Source: an uncultured Bacteroidales bacterium
Lineage (GTDB): Bacteria > Bacteroidota > Bacteroidia > Bacteroidales > UBA932
DNA: 64,000 bases
Assembly (NCBI GenBank): GCA_900320545.1
Contig: ONSU01000002.1
Span: 42,143 to 106,142 of the forward strand
Direction of reading: 5' to 3'
Below, one piece after another: positions 9,192-18,554 of this stretch; the stretch's first letter is position 1; every line of letters starts with the position of its first letter. Under the pieces are notes generated by a model that saw only the letters and a program-made list of their open reading frames with translations, ran no database searches and was not told the DNA's origin. A program made the translations under genes and the position numbers.

Positions 9192-10463
9192 TTAATCGAC
9201 TTTAATATCTTTGTTTACATTCCTGGAGCCGATGAAGGCGTAGAAAATCAGGTAGAACAGGCAGGCGATGATGAGCCAGTAGCTCTGCAGGGAGCCGACG
9301 TGGTCGGCGAGCAGATTCTGCAGGAACGGGATGATGCCGCCGCCGCACACGAGCGCCATGAAGATGCCGGAAGCCGCAGCCGTGTATTTGCCGAGGCCCT
9401 CGACGGCGAGGTTGAAGATGGCGCCCCACATGATCGAAGTGCAGAAGCCGCAGAGGATCATCAGACCCAGGGCGAGCGGAATCTTGGAGGCCTTGATGGT
9501 AACGGCAACGGACTCCGGAACGAAGATCGCCGCAATCAGGAGCACGATGGCCACCGAAGCCATCACGCCGAGCATCATCTTGCTGCTCACCTTGGAGCCG
9601 ACGGATGCACCGACCAGACGGCCGATCAGCATACAGAGCCAATATCCGCCGATCATCGTACCGGCCAGCGCGGGACCGACCCAGTCAAGACCGGAATAAT
9701 AAATGTTGGCCGTATTGGGGATACCCACCTCGATGCCGACATAGAAGAAGATGGCGATGGCGCCGAGGATGAAATGGCGGAATGAAAGCGGGCTGTGCGG
9801 GTCCTTGGCGACCTTTCCGGACAGACGGGCCGCCCTCTCTTCGGCACTCTCCATATGCGGTTCCGGAATATTGGAGAACCAGATCACGACAAAGGCCAGG
9901 GCGAAGATCGACATCGCGATGATCATCACGGGAGCCGCCTTGGAAACCGTCGCGTCCTGGATGCTGCCGCCGACGAGCCAGCCGACGAAGATCGGAGCGA
10001 TCGTACCGCCGATGGAGTTGCAGGAGCCGCCCCACTGGATGAGCTGGTTGCCCTTGTTGCCGCCGCCGCCGAGGGTGTTGAGCATCGGGTTGACGACGAT
10101 GTTCAGAAGGCACATCGAGAAGCCGGCGACGAAAGCGCCGGTCACATAGACCGCGAAACTCTCCACATAGCCGGAGAGGAACTGGATCGCCACGCCGACG
10201 AGGCCCACCGTCACGGCCAGAAGCGCCGTGAACTTATAGCCCTTGCGCTTGAGGATGATACCTGCCGGGATGCCCATACAGGCATACGCGATGAAGTTGG
10301 CGAGGGTTCCCAGCTGCGAGAGCGCCTTGGACGCGCCGAACTGGTTGGTTACGATCACGCCCATCGAGCCGGCGAGGTTCGTCACGAACGCAATCATAAA
10401 GAAGAGGGCGAACATCACGATGATGGCCGCGGTGTTGCCTTGCTGTTTGGTAGAAGTTGCCAT
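9192..10463 (-). CDS. MFS sugar:H+ symporter (glucose/galactose or FucP-like family)
   Basis: About 12 predicted TM segments with FucP/GluP-like N-terminal sequence. Lies 4 nt upstream of the ROK kinase gene. Confidence 0.75.
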   Translation of the reverse strand: MATSTKQQGNTAAIIVMFALFFMIAFVTNLAGSMGVIVTNQFGASKALSQLGTLANFIAYACMGIPAGIILKRKGYKFTALLAVTVGLVGVAIQFLSGYVESFAVYVTGAFVAGFSMCLLNIVVNPMLNTLGGGGNKGNQLIQWGGSCNSIGGTIAPIFVGWLVGGSIQDATVSKAAPVMIIAMSIFALAFVVIWFSNIPEPHMESAEERAARLSGKVAKDPHSPLSFRHFILGAIAIFFYVGIEVGIPNTANIYYSGLDWVGPALAGTMIGGYWLCMLIGRLVGASVGSKVSSKMMLGVMASVAIVLLIAAIFVPESVAVTIKASKIPLALGLMILCGFCTSIMWGAIFNLAVEGLGKYTAAASGIFMALVCGGGIIPFLQNLLADHVGSLQSYWLIIACLFYLIFYAFIGSRNVNKDIKVD

Positions 10464-10484
10464 TTTTTATGTGTGTTGATTGAT

Positions 10485-12407
10485 CTACAGGGAATTGATA
10501 TTCTTCTCGTTGAGGAGCTGCTTGCCCTCGGCGGTGTACGCGTATTCGATGCGGTCGGCATAGTGTTCCTCGACTTTGCGGCGGACCATCTTCATCGTGG
10601 AATTCAGCATCTGGTTGGCGATGGTGAAAGGCTCGTCGCAGATAATGAGGGCTCCCGGCAGCCAGCGCTCCGGGAAGAGGCCGTAGTGGGCGCCGCCTTT
10701 CTTGTAAGAATCGACTTCCTCCTGGATTTTCTTAAGCATCGCCTCCTTGCCTTCGCGGGAAGCCGGATCGAGGCCGAGGGACTTGACATAGTCCTTCAGG
10801 GCGTCCTTCTCCGGTACGATCATCGCGATCGTGTAAGGGCACTGGTTGTTGTGCAGGACGGCCGCGTTGACATACTTGGAGACCTCGGGAAGACTGTCCT
10901 CGAACCCTTCGGGGGAATATTTCTCGCCGTCCGCGCCGATCAGGAGCGACTTGAAGCGGCCCGTCACATAGAGGAATTCATGGTCGAACGGACAGATGTA
11001 GCCCATGTCGCCCGTATGGAGCCAGCCGTCGACGACAGTCTCAGCGGTGGACTTGGGATTTTTCCAGTAACCCGCCATCACGTTCTCGCCGCGGATGACG
11101 ATCTCGCCCTTCTCGCCGTAAGGGACCTCCTTGCCGTCGCCGTCGCAGATCTTGAGATCGAGCGGCTTGACGATGCGGCCGGAGGAGCCGAAGATGGCGT
11201 GGCCGGTGGAATTGGAGCAGATGATCGGGGTCGCTTCGGAGAGGCCGTACCCCTGGAACATCGGGATGCCGATGGCGCAGAAGTAGCGCTGGAGCTCGAT
11301 GTCGAGGAGGGCGCCGCCGCCCACGAAGAACTGCATCCTGCCGCCGAAAGCGTTCTCGCGGACCTTCTTGAAGATGAGCTTGTCGAAGAGCCGCATGAGG
11401 GGCTTCCGCCACCAGGACAGGAAACCGCCGCGGTTGTAGTACTCTTTGTTGTAGGCGATCGCATTCCTGAGCGCGATGTCGTACAATTTCTGCACTTTCG
11501 GACCCTGGGCCTTGATGCCCGCCTCGATGTTTTTCTTGAAGTTGCGGGCCAGGGCGGGAACCGAAAGCATATTGTGCGGCCGCACTTCCTTGATGGCGGT
11601 CGGGATGTTCTTGAGGGTAGCGAGGGCGTTCTTGCCGATCGGAACGGTGGCGATGCTGCCGCCGTAGTACATCATCGTATACATACCGGCGACATGCGCG
11701 AAGCAGTGGTCGAGCGGCAGGATGATGAGCATCACGTAGCCGCGCTCGGTCTGGATGACGGACGCGCCCTGCTCGACGTTGGCCGTGTAGTTGCGGTGCG
11801 TGAGAAGGATGCCCTTGGGATCGGCCGTGGTGCCGGAGGTATAACTGATGTTGGCGTAATCGTCGGGGCCGATGCTCTTATAGCGGGCCTCGAATTCCGC
11901 GGAGCGGGTCTTGAGGAATTCCTCACCCGTTTTCGCCACCTCGGAAATACGCATCTCGTTCTCATTCAATGTTTCAAGGTCGAATGCCGTGTCGTCGAAG
12001 ACAATCACTTTCTTGACAGCCGGGCATTCCGGGATGATCTCGCGGATCTTGGGAAGCTGATTGGCGGAGACGAGGATCCACTGCGAATCGGAATGGTTGA
12101 TGCGGAAGATGAGATCCTTACCGTGGCCGAGATTGACCGAGAGCGGCACGTCAACGGCGCCGGCGTAGAGAGCTCCCATCTCGGCGAGGATCCACATGCT
12201 GCGGCTCTCGCTCAGGAGGGCGATCTTGTCGCCTTTCTCCAGGCCGAGCGCCATCAGGCCCGCGCCGATCTTATAGGCCGTCTCACGGGTTTCGGTATAA
12301 CTGATTTCTTTCCATACACCGTCTATTTTCTCACGAAGATAGGTCAGGTCCGCATACTTGTGCGTATACTTTTCAATAAAGTCAATAAGGGTTATTCTTT
12401 CGGACAT
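10485..12407 (-). CDS. AMP-forming long-chain acyl-CoA ligase
   Basis: AMP-binding signature YTSGTTADPKG. Length is 640 aa, typical of the Bacteroidota FadD-like family. Confidence 0.85.
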   Translation of the reverse strand: MSERITLIDFIEKYTHKYADLTYLREKIDGVWKEISYTETRETAYKIGAGLMALGLEKGDKIALLSESRSMWILAEMGALYAGAVDVPLSVNLGHGKDLIFRINHSDSQWILVSANQLPKIREIIPECPAVKKVIVFDDTAFDLETLNENEMRISEVAKTGEEFLKTRSAEFEARYKSIGPDDYANISYTSGTTADPKGILLTHRNYTANVEQGASVIQTERGYVMLIILPLDHCFAHVAGMYTMMYYGGSIATVPIGKNALATLKNIPTAIKEVRPHNMLSVPALARNFKKNIEAGIKAQGPKVQKLYDIALRNAIAYNKEYYNRGGFLSWWRKPLMRLFDKLIFKKVRENAFGGRMQFFVGGGALLDIELQRYFCAIGIPMFQGYGLSEATPIICSNSTGHAIFGSSGRIVKPLDLKICDGDGKEVPYGEKGEIVIRGENVMAGYWKNPKSTAETVVDGWLHTGDMGYICPFDHEFLYVTGRFKSLLIGADGEKYSPEGFEDSLPEVSKYVNAAVLHNNQCPYTIAMIVPEKDALKDYVKSLGLDPASREGKEAMLKKIQEEVDSYKKGGAHYGLFPERWLPGALIICDEPFTIANQMLNSTMKMVRRKVEEHYADRIEYAYTAEGKQLLNEKNINSL

Positions 12408-12424
12408 AGTAATTGGTTATGTGG

Positions 12425-13045
12425 TTATTCGGAAGGGAAGAGGCCGAAGAGTTCGGCGTCGATCTTGTTGGTGATGAAGGAGAAATCCTCCGGACGGTTC
12501 TCGAACTTGATATTGTCGACATCGATGATCAGCAGGCGGGACTTGTAGTCCTTGATCCAGGTCTCGTACCGCTCGTTCAGGCCGGTGATATAGTCGATGC
12601 GGATGGATTTCTCGTATTCGCGGCCGCGTTTCTGGATCTGCGCGATGAGGTTGGGAATGCTCGAACGCAGGTAGATCATCAGGTCCGGCGCCTTCACGAG
12701 CGACATCATCAGGTCGAAGAGGTCGCTGTAGTTTTCGAAGTCGCGGGTGGACATCAGGCCCATCGCGTGGAGGTTCGGCGCGAAGATGCGCGCGTCCTCA
12801 TAGATGGTGCGGTCCTGGATAATGACGTCGTCCTGCCGGGAGATATCCACGACATCCTTGAAGCGCTTGTTGAGGAAGTAGATCTGGAGGTTGAACGACC
12901 ACCGCTCCATATCCTCATAGAAATCAGCCAGATAGGGATTGAAATCGACGGATTCGAATTTGGGAGTCCAGCCATAGTGGGCGGCCAGCATCTTGGTCAG
13001 CGTCGTCTTGCCGCTGCCGATATTCCCTGCTACTGCGATATGCAT
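12425..13045 (-). CDS. Deoxynucleoside kinase (dNK family), copy 1
   Basis: P-loop GNIGSGKTTL and an IQDRTIYED motif. CAAATATA (reverse complement TATATTTG) -7 box upstream. Confidence 0.85.
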   Translation of the reverse strand: MHIAVAGNIGSGKTTLTKMLAAHYGWTPKFESVDFNPYLADFYEDMERWSFNLQIYFLNKRFKDVVDISRQDDVIIQDRTIYEDARIFAPNLHAMGLMSTRDFENYSDLFDLMMSLVKAPDLMIYLRSSIPNLIAQIQKRGREYEKSIRIDYITGLNERYETWIKDYKSRLLIIDVDNIKFENRPEDFSFITNKIDAELFGLFPSE

Positions 13046-13095
13046 AGAATCAATTTATTATAACTTACAAATATAACCATTATTTTTGAATAACC

Positions 13096-13707
13096 TCAGA
13101 AGAGGCCGTAGAGTTCCGCGTCGATCTTGTCGGTGATGAAGGAGAAGTCCTCCGGGCGGTTCTGGAAATCGAGGTCGTCGCCGTTCAGGATGAGAAGACG
13201 GCCCTTATACTCGGATATCCATTTCTCGTAGCGCTCGTTGAGACCGGTAAGGTACTCGATGCTGATGGACTGCTCGTAGTCGCGGCCCCGCTTCTGGATC
13301 TGCGACACCAGGTGCGGGATCGAACTGCGGAGGTAGATCAGCAGGTCGGGCGCCTTGGCGGTGGACATCATCACGTGGAAAAGCTGCATATAGGTCTCGA
13401 AGTCGCGCTTGGAAAGGTTTCCCATCGCGTAATTGTTCGCGACGAAGATGTACACGCCCTCGAACAGGGTGCGGTCCTGGATGATGACATCCTTGGAAGA
13501 ACCGATGTCCAGCACATCCTGGAAACGCTGCGCCAGGAAGTATACCTCCAGGTTGAACGACCACCGGGAAATATCCTTGTAGTAATCTTCGAGATAGGGA
13601 TTGTAGGTGACGGACTCGAACTTGGGCGTCCATCCGTAATGCTCGGCCAGCATCCGCGTCAGCGTCGTCTTGCCGCATCCGATATTTCCGGCGATTCCGA
13701 TATGCAT
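13096..13707 (-). CDS. Deoxynucleoside kinase (dNK family), copy 2 (tandem paralog)
   Basis: P-loop GNIGCGKTTL, collinear with copy 1. The true start is the ATG at 13707; the 442-aa track ORF is an antisense extension over the MBL gene. Confidence 0.85.
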   Translation of the reverse strand: MHIGIAGNIGCGKTTLTRMLAEHYGWTPKFESVTYNPYLEDYYKDISRWSFNLEVYFLAQRFQDVLDIGSSKDVIIQDRTLFEGVYIFVANNYAMGNLSKRDFETYMQLFHVMMSTAKAPDLLIYLRSSIPHLVSQIQKRGRDYEQSISIEYLTGLNERYEKWISEYKGRLLILNGDDLDFQNRPEDFSFITDKIDAELYGLF

Positions 13708-13755
13708 AGTGCGTGATATTTCTACAAATTTAACAATTATTTGTAACTTTGTGGT

Positions 13756-14433
13756 ATGGTAAACTACAAAATCTTCCATTTCAATATGTACGCGGCCGCG
13801 TGCACGCTGGTATGGGGAGACGACAAGCGCTGCGCCATCTTCGATCCCGGCTGTCAGAACGAGGCGGAGAAGGCGGCGCTGACCGGTTTCATCACCCGGG
13901 AAGGGCTCGTCCCGGAGGCGATTCTCCTGACGCACGGCCACCCCGACCACATCTGCGCCGTCCGTTACATGCAGCAACTGTACGGAATCCCCGCTTACCT
14001 CAGCCCGGCCGACCGGGAGATGCTCCCCCTCTTCCAGATGTTCGGCAAGATCATCAAGATGGACACCGACATCGCCTTCACCCCGACCGACGCGACGGAC
14101 GGAATGGAAATCCGCATCGGCGACACGCTCCGCTTCAAGGTCATCGCCACGCCGGGCCATACCCCGGGCGGCACCTGCTACTATAACGAGGAAGGCGAAA
14201 TCCTCATCTCGGGCGACACGCTCTTCGCCGGCAGCATCGGCCGGACCGACTTCAAGGGCAGCGACTATGACGCGCTCATCCGGAGCATTCTGGAGCGTCT
14301 CATCCCCCTTCCCGGCGACACGCTCGTCATCCCGGGTCACGGCGGCAACACCACCATCGGTGCCGAGCGCGCCACAAACCCCTTCCTGGAGCCCTTTAAC
14401 GAACCCCTGCAAGAAGAAGATCAAGGTAACTGA
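13756..14433 (+). CDS. MBL-fold metallo-hydrolase (glyoxalase II-like)
   Basis: THGHPDH metal motif and a later TPGHTPG. TAACTTTG box lies 4 nt before the ATG. Confidence 0.8.
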   Translation: MVNYKIFHFNMYAAACTLVWGDDKRCAIFDPGCQNEAEKAALTGFITREGLVPEAILLTHGHPDHICAVRYMQQLYGIPAYLSPADREMLPLFQMFGKIIKMDTDIAFTPTDATDGMEIRIGDTLRFKVIATPGHTPGGTCYYNEEGEILISGDTLFAGSIGRTDFKGSDYDALIRSILERLIPLPGDTLVIPGHGGNTTIGAERATNPFLEPFNEPLQEEDQGN

Positions 14434-14482
14434 AAATTCACTATATTTACACGCTGAACCGACAAACCAAATTCATTCCGAT

Positions 14483-15676
14483 ATGAAACTCTCTAAACTT
14501 TCCCTCATCGCCGCGGCCCTCCTGCCGGCGGCCCTGCTGTCCTCCTGCGGTCCCAAGCAGCTGAGCGACAAAGACATCCTCACCCTCATCTACAACCAGG
14601 CCGGCGGAGAGACCTGGAGTGACAGCCACAAAGAAGGCTGGCTCACCGCAGAAAACCTCGGCGACTGGTACGGCGTCGAAGTCAACGACGAAGGCCGTGT
14701 CACTTCCCTGACCCTCTATGATGCCAAGGGCGTCATCCCCGCAGAGATCGGCGGTCTCACCGCACTCGAGGAGCTCCATCTCAATATGGAAAACGGAGAT
14801 GAAGATCCCGTGAACTGCCTTCCCGCCGCCATCGGCAAACTGGAGAACCTGACCGAACTGCACCTCAGATGCAAGGTCGCCTGCGAAGTACCTCCGCTCG
14901 ACGGGCTCACCAACCTCACCAAACTTTTCCTGAGCTTCAGTGACGCGCCCTACCCCGCCGCCATCGGCACTACCGGCCTCGAGAGTCTCGACCTCTACGG
15001 ATTCTCCGGCCAGATCCCGGAATGGGTCTACCAGCAGCTCTGGCTCAAGAGACTCGATATCGAGCCGTCCAAACTCGAAGGCGGCATCGCCCCCGAGATC
15101 GGCAACCTCACCGACCTGAAGCATCTCCAGATCGACTACTCGCAGTTTATCGGCTCCGTCGATGCGCCCAACACCGAATTACCCGCCGAGGCGATTTTCG
15201 ACAACCTCAAGAACCTCGAAGTGGTCTTCCTCCGCGGCGTGTCCACCAGCGGCACCCTGCCCGCCTCGATCGGCGACATGCCCAACCTCCGCAGCCTCTC
15301 GCTCATCGATCTCGGCCTCACCGGCGAGCTTCCCAAGGAGCTCGGCGATATGCCCAAGATCGAGACCCTCAAGCTCTACGACAACGAATTCACCGGACCC
15401 ATTCCGGCGGAGCTCGGCAACGCCACCACCCTCAAGACCCTCTGGCTCGACCGCAACCACCTGAGCGGCCCGCTCCCGAAGGAAATCGGCAACCTCATCA
15501 ACCTCGAGAGCATCAACGTCTCCAAGAACGAACTCTCCGGCCCGATTCCCGCGGAACTCGGCAAGTGCACCAAGCTCGGCAAGGGAGTCTTCAACAAGTT
15601 CACCGAGAACCAGTTCGACCCGGAAATTCCCGCCGCCGTACAGGCCCTGGAGTACTTCTCCAAGATCGAATTCTAA
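14483..15676 (+). CDS. Lipoprotein with plant-specific-type leucine-rich repeats
   Basis: Signal peptide and lipobox LLSSC. Tandem 24-residue repeats of the form LxxLxLxxNxLSGPIPxELGxxxx. Start moved to the ATG at 14483. Confidence 0.75.
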   Translation: MKLSKLSLIAAALLPAALLSSCGPKQLSDKDILTLIYNQAGGETWSDSHKEGWLTAENLGDWYGVEVNDEGRVTSLTLYDAKGVIPAEIGGLTALEELHLNMENGDEDPVNCLPAAIGKLENLTELHLRCKVACEVPPLDGLTNLTKLFLSFSDAPYPAAIGTTGLESLDLYGFSGQIPEWVYQQLWLKRLDIEPSKLEGGIAPEIGNLTDLKHLQIDYSQFIGSVDAPNTELPAEAIFDNLKNLEVVFLRGVSTSGTLPASIGDMPNLRSLSLIDLGLTGELPKELGDMPKIETLKLYDNEFTGPIPAELGNATTLKTLWLDRNHLSGPLPKEIGNLINLESINVSKNELSGPIPAELGKCTKLGKGVFNKFTENQFDPEIPAAVQALEYFSKIEF

Positions 15677-15692
15677 ACTCCTTTACGGAAAC

Positions 15693-15728
15693 AAAAAGGT
15701 CCGCACCGAGCAGGCGCGGACTTTTTTT
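15693..15728. terminator. Bidirectional intrinsic terminator between the LRR gene and uvrA
   Basis: AAAAAGGTCCGC-loop-GCGGACTTTTTTT. The stem is flanked by an A-run and a T-run. Confidence 0.7.
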
Positions 15729-18528
15729 ATGACTGCTTCAGGACGTCGCGGAGGAAGGGGCCGGTTACGGAAGCCGGATCGGCGGCAAGCTGCTCCGGCG
15801 TGCCCCGGGCGACGATATATCCGCCCTTGGCACCGCCTTCCGGACCCATATCCAGGATATAATCCACACTCTTGAGAATATCGAGATTGTGTTCGATGAT
15901 GATAACCGTGTTGCCCTGATCCACCAGGCGCTGAAGCACGTCGAGAAGAACCTTGATGTCGGCGCTGTGCAGACCGGTCGTGGGCTCGTCAAGGATGTAG
16001 AGGGTGTTGCCGGTACCCGCGCGGGAGAGTTCCGCGGCGAGTTTCATCCGCTGGGATTCGCCGCCCGAGAGGGTCACGGCGCTCTGCCCGAGATGGATAT
16101 AGCCGAGCCCCACGTCGACCATCGCCTTGAGTCTGGAAGCGATTTTCGGAATCGGCCTGAAGAATTCGTACGCCTCGCCGATCGGCATTTCCAGCACGTC
16201 GTTGATATTCTTGCCCTTGTATTTGACGGCCAGCGTATCCTCCTTGTAACGCTGCCCGCGGCACTGGTCGCAGACCACGTTCACCGAAGGGAGGAAATTC
16301 ATCTCGATGACCTTGATGCCCGCACCCTTGCACTCCTCGCAGCGGCCGCCGGGGACGTTGAAGGAGAACCGGCCCGCCTTGAACCCCCGCACCTTGGCGT
16401 CCGGGGTATCCTCGAAGAGGGCGCGGATGTCGTTAAACACGCCCGTAAAGGTCGCCGGATTGCTCCGCGGCGTACGACCGATGGGCGACTGGTCGATCTC
16501 GATGAGCTTGTCGATATGCTCCACCCCCTCGATGGACCGGTAGGGAAGCGGCCTGATCTTGGACCGGTAGAATTTATTTTTGAGAATGGGCATCAGCGTC
16601 TCGTTCACGAGCGAGGACTTGCCGCTGCCGCTGAGGCCGGCCACGCCGATGAAGCAACCGAGCGGGAAAGAGACATCGATGTTTTTGAGATTGTTGCCGG
16701 AGGCCCCGTAAAGCGTCAGCATATGTCCGTTCCCGGGACGCCGCACCTCCGGAACGGGAATGTTCTTCTTCCCCGTAAGGTAGTCCAGCGTCAGCGAGGG
16801 TCCCGTGATGCAGTGCTTCAGGGTATCGGCGGACGGTTTCACCCCGTGAAGCAGGTAGTCCAGCGGGGCGCTGAGGCAGATCCGGCCGCCTTCCTCCCCC
16901 GCCCCGGGCCCGACATCCACCAGCCAGTCGGCGCTGAGCATCGTCTCAGCGTCGTGTTCCACGACCATCACCGAATTGCCCTCGTCGCGCAGATGGCGGA
17001 GGGAGGCGATAAGTTTGCGGTTGTCCCGCTGGTGCAGGCCGATGGACGGCTCGTCCAAAATATAGAGGACGCCCACCAGCTTGGATCCGATCTGGGTGGC
17101 GAGACGGATGCGCTGCGACTCCCCGCCGGAGAGCGAACCCGTCGCCCGGTCGAGCGAGAGATAATCGAGTCCCACGTCGAGCAGGAAGCGCACCCGGTCG
17201 AGGAGTTCCTTGAGGATGTCCCGCGCGATGGCGCTTTCCCGGGCCGTGAAGTGCCCCGGCAGCGTCTGCAGCCAGGCATAGAGTTCCGTCATCTCATAGG
17301 ATGACACTTCCGAAATGGTCTTGCCGTCGATCCGGAAGCACTGCGACTCCTTGTTGAGCCGGGTCCCGCCGCAGTCCGGGCAGGTGATCCGGTCCTCAAT
17401 GTCATCCACGACACCGCCCCAGGACTCCATTTCCGAGAGGGCGCCTTCCCCGACCCGGAACAGTTCGTCGGAGCCGTAAACCAGCAGGGTCACGGCCTCG
17501 TCGGGCAGGGCCGCGATGGGATCGTAGAGCGAGAAATTGTATTTGCGCGCGATGGCGCGGAGGATATCGAACTTATGGTTTTCCCGGACCCTCCCGAGGG
17601 GGACGATGCCGCCGTCCGCGATGGATTTTTCCCGGTCGGGGATGATGGTGTCGATGTTGACGTCCACGATGGTGCCGAGGCCTTTGCAGTGCGGGCAGTA
17701 CCCCTGCGGGGAATTGAAGGAGAAAGAATGCGGCTGCGGTTCCTGAAGGGAAAGGCCGCTGTCGGGATCGACGAGATGCTTGGAGAAATGGCGGAGTTCG
17801 CCGGTCTCCACGTCCAGAACGGCGACAGAGCCCTTGCCGGCCCCGAGGCCTGTCACGACACTGTCGCGCACCCTTTTCTCATCCCCCTCTTCCGGGCGTA
17901 GTTTGTCGACGACCAGTTCGATGAAATGGGGCTTGTAACGGTCCAGGGCCTCGACTTCGGCGAGCGGAAGGATCTCTCCGTCGATCCGCACTTCGGTGTA
18001 GCCGCGGCGGCGAAGGGAATCCATCAGTTCGCGGTAGTGACCCTTCCGGCCCCGCACCAGCGGGGCGAGCAGGATGCACTTGCGGCCGAGGTAGGCCGTC
18101 ATGATCAGGTCGACGATCTGCGCATCCGTATACCGCACCATCTCCTTCCCGGTGACGGGAGAATAAGCCCGCGAGCCCTTGGCGTACAGGAGACGGAGGA
18201 AGTCGTAGATCTCGGTGATGGTGCCCACCGTAGAACGGGGATTGCTGCCGGTCGTCTTCTGCTCGATGGCGATGATCGGGCTCAGCCCCGTGATCTCGTC
18301 CACCTCGGGCTTCTCGAGGATACCCATAAAATGCTTGGCATAGGTGGACAGCGTATCCATATAACGGCGCTGGCCCTCGGCATAGAGGGTGTCGAACGCC
18401 AGCGAGGACTTGCCGCTCCCGCTCAGCCCCGTCACGACGACAAAGGCGTCGCGCGGAATGTCGACGGATATCCCGGCCAGGTTGTTGGCCCTCGCCCCGT
18501 GGATGGATATGTACTGCTTCGGTTTCAT
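15727..18528 (-). CDS. uvrA: Excinuclease ABC subunit A
   Basis: Two ABC ATPase modules (GLSGSGKSSL twice, LSGGE signatures) and Zn-finger CxxC pairs. Start set at MKPKQYISIHGARANNL (18528), giving 933 aa. Confidence 0.9.
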   Translation of the reverse strand: MKPKQYISIHGARANNLAGISVDIPRDAFVVVTGLSGSGKSSLAFDTLYAEGQRRYMDTLSTYAKHFMGILEKPEVDEITGLSPIIAIEQKTTGSNPRSTVGTITEIYDFLRLLYAKGSRAYSPVTGKEMVRYTDAQIVDLIMTAYLGRKCILLAPLVRGRKGHYRELMDSLRRRGYTEVRIDGEILPLAEVEALDRYKPHFIELVVDKLRPEEGDEKRVRDSVVTGLGAGKGSVAVLDVETGELRHFSKHLVDPDSGLSLQEPQPHSFSFNSPQGYCPHCKGLGTIVDVNIDTIIPDREKSIADGGIVPLGRVRENHKFDILRAIARKYNFSLYDPIAALPDEAVTLLVYGSDELFRVGEGALSEMESWGGVVDDIEDRITCPDCGGTRLNKESQCFRIDGKTISEVSSYEMTELYAWLQTLPGHFTARESAIARDILKELLDRVRFLLDVGLDYLSLDRATGSLSGGESQRIRLATQIGSKLVGVLYILDEPSIGLHQRDNRKLIASLRHLRDEGNSVMVVEHDAETMLSADWLVDVGPGAGEEGGRICLSAPLDYLLHGVKPSADTLKHCITGPSLTLDYLTGKKNIPVPEVRRPGNGHMLTLYGASGNNLKNIDVSFPLGCFIGVAGLSGSGKSSLVNETLMPILKNKFYRSKIRPLPYRSIEGVEHIDKLIEIDQSPIGRTPRSNPATFTGVFNDIRALFEDTPDAKVRGFKAGRFSFNVPGGRCEECKGAGIKVIEMNFLPSVNVVCDQCRGQRYKEDTLAVKYKGKNINDVLEMPIGEAYEFFRPIPKIASRLKAMVDVGLGYIHLGQSAVTLSGGESQRMKLAAELSRAGTGNTLYILDEPTTGLHSADIKVLLDVLQRLVDQGNTVIIIEHNLDILKSVDYILDMGPEGGAKGGYIVARGTPEQLAADPASVTGPFLRDVLKQS

Positions 18529-18554
18529 CGCGGACTGCAAATTTACGAAAAAAA

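Noticed and set aside
9795-12548. 917-aa + strand ORF across the MFS transporter and acyl-CoA ligase genes
   Set aside because: It is antisense to two well-supported genes. The composition is R/G/D/E/H/A-rich and low-complexity, typical of shadow ORFs in high-GC DNA, and it has no motifs.
13708-14424. N-terminal extensions of track ORFs: 13096-14424, 25311-26762, 14267-15676, 15727-18663, 45657-47990, 2387-3487, 6730-8160 and 4784-6466
   Set aside because: The extensions overlap neighbouring genes or lack similarity to the protein family. Internal ATGs preceded by promoter boxes or followed by signal peptides give canonical N-termini.
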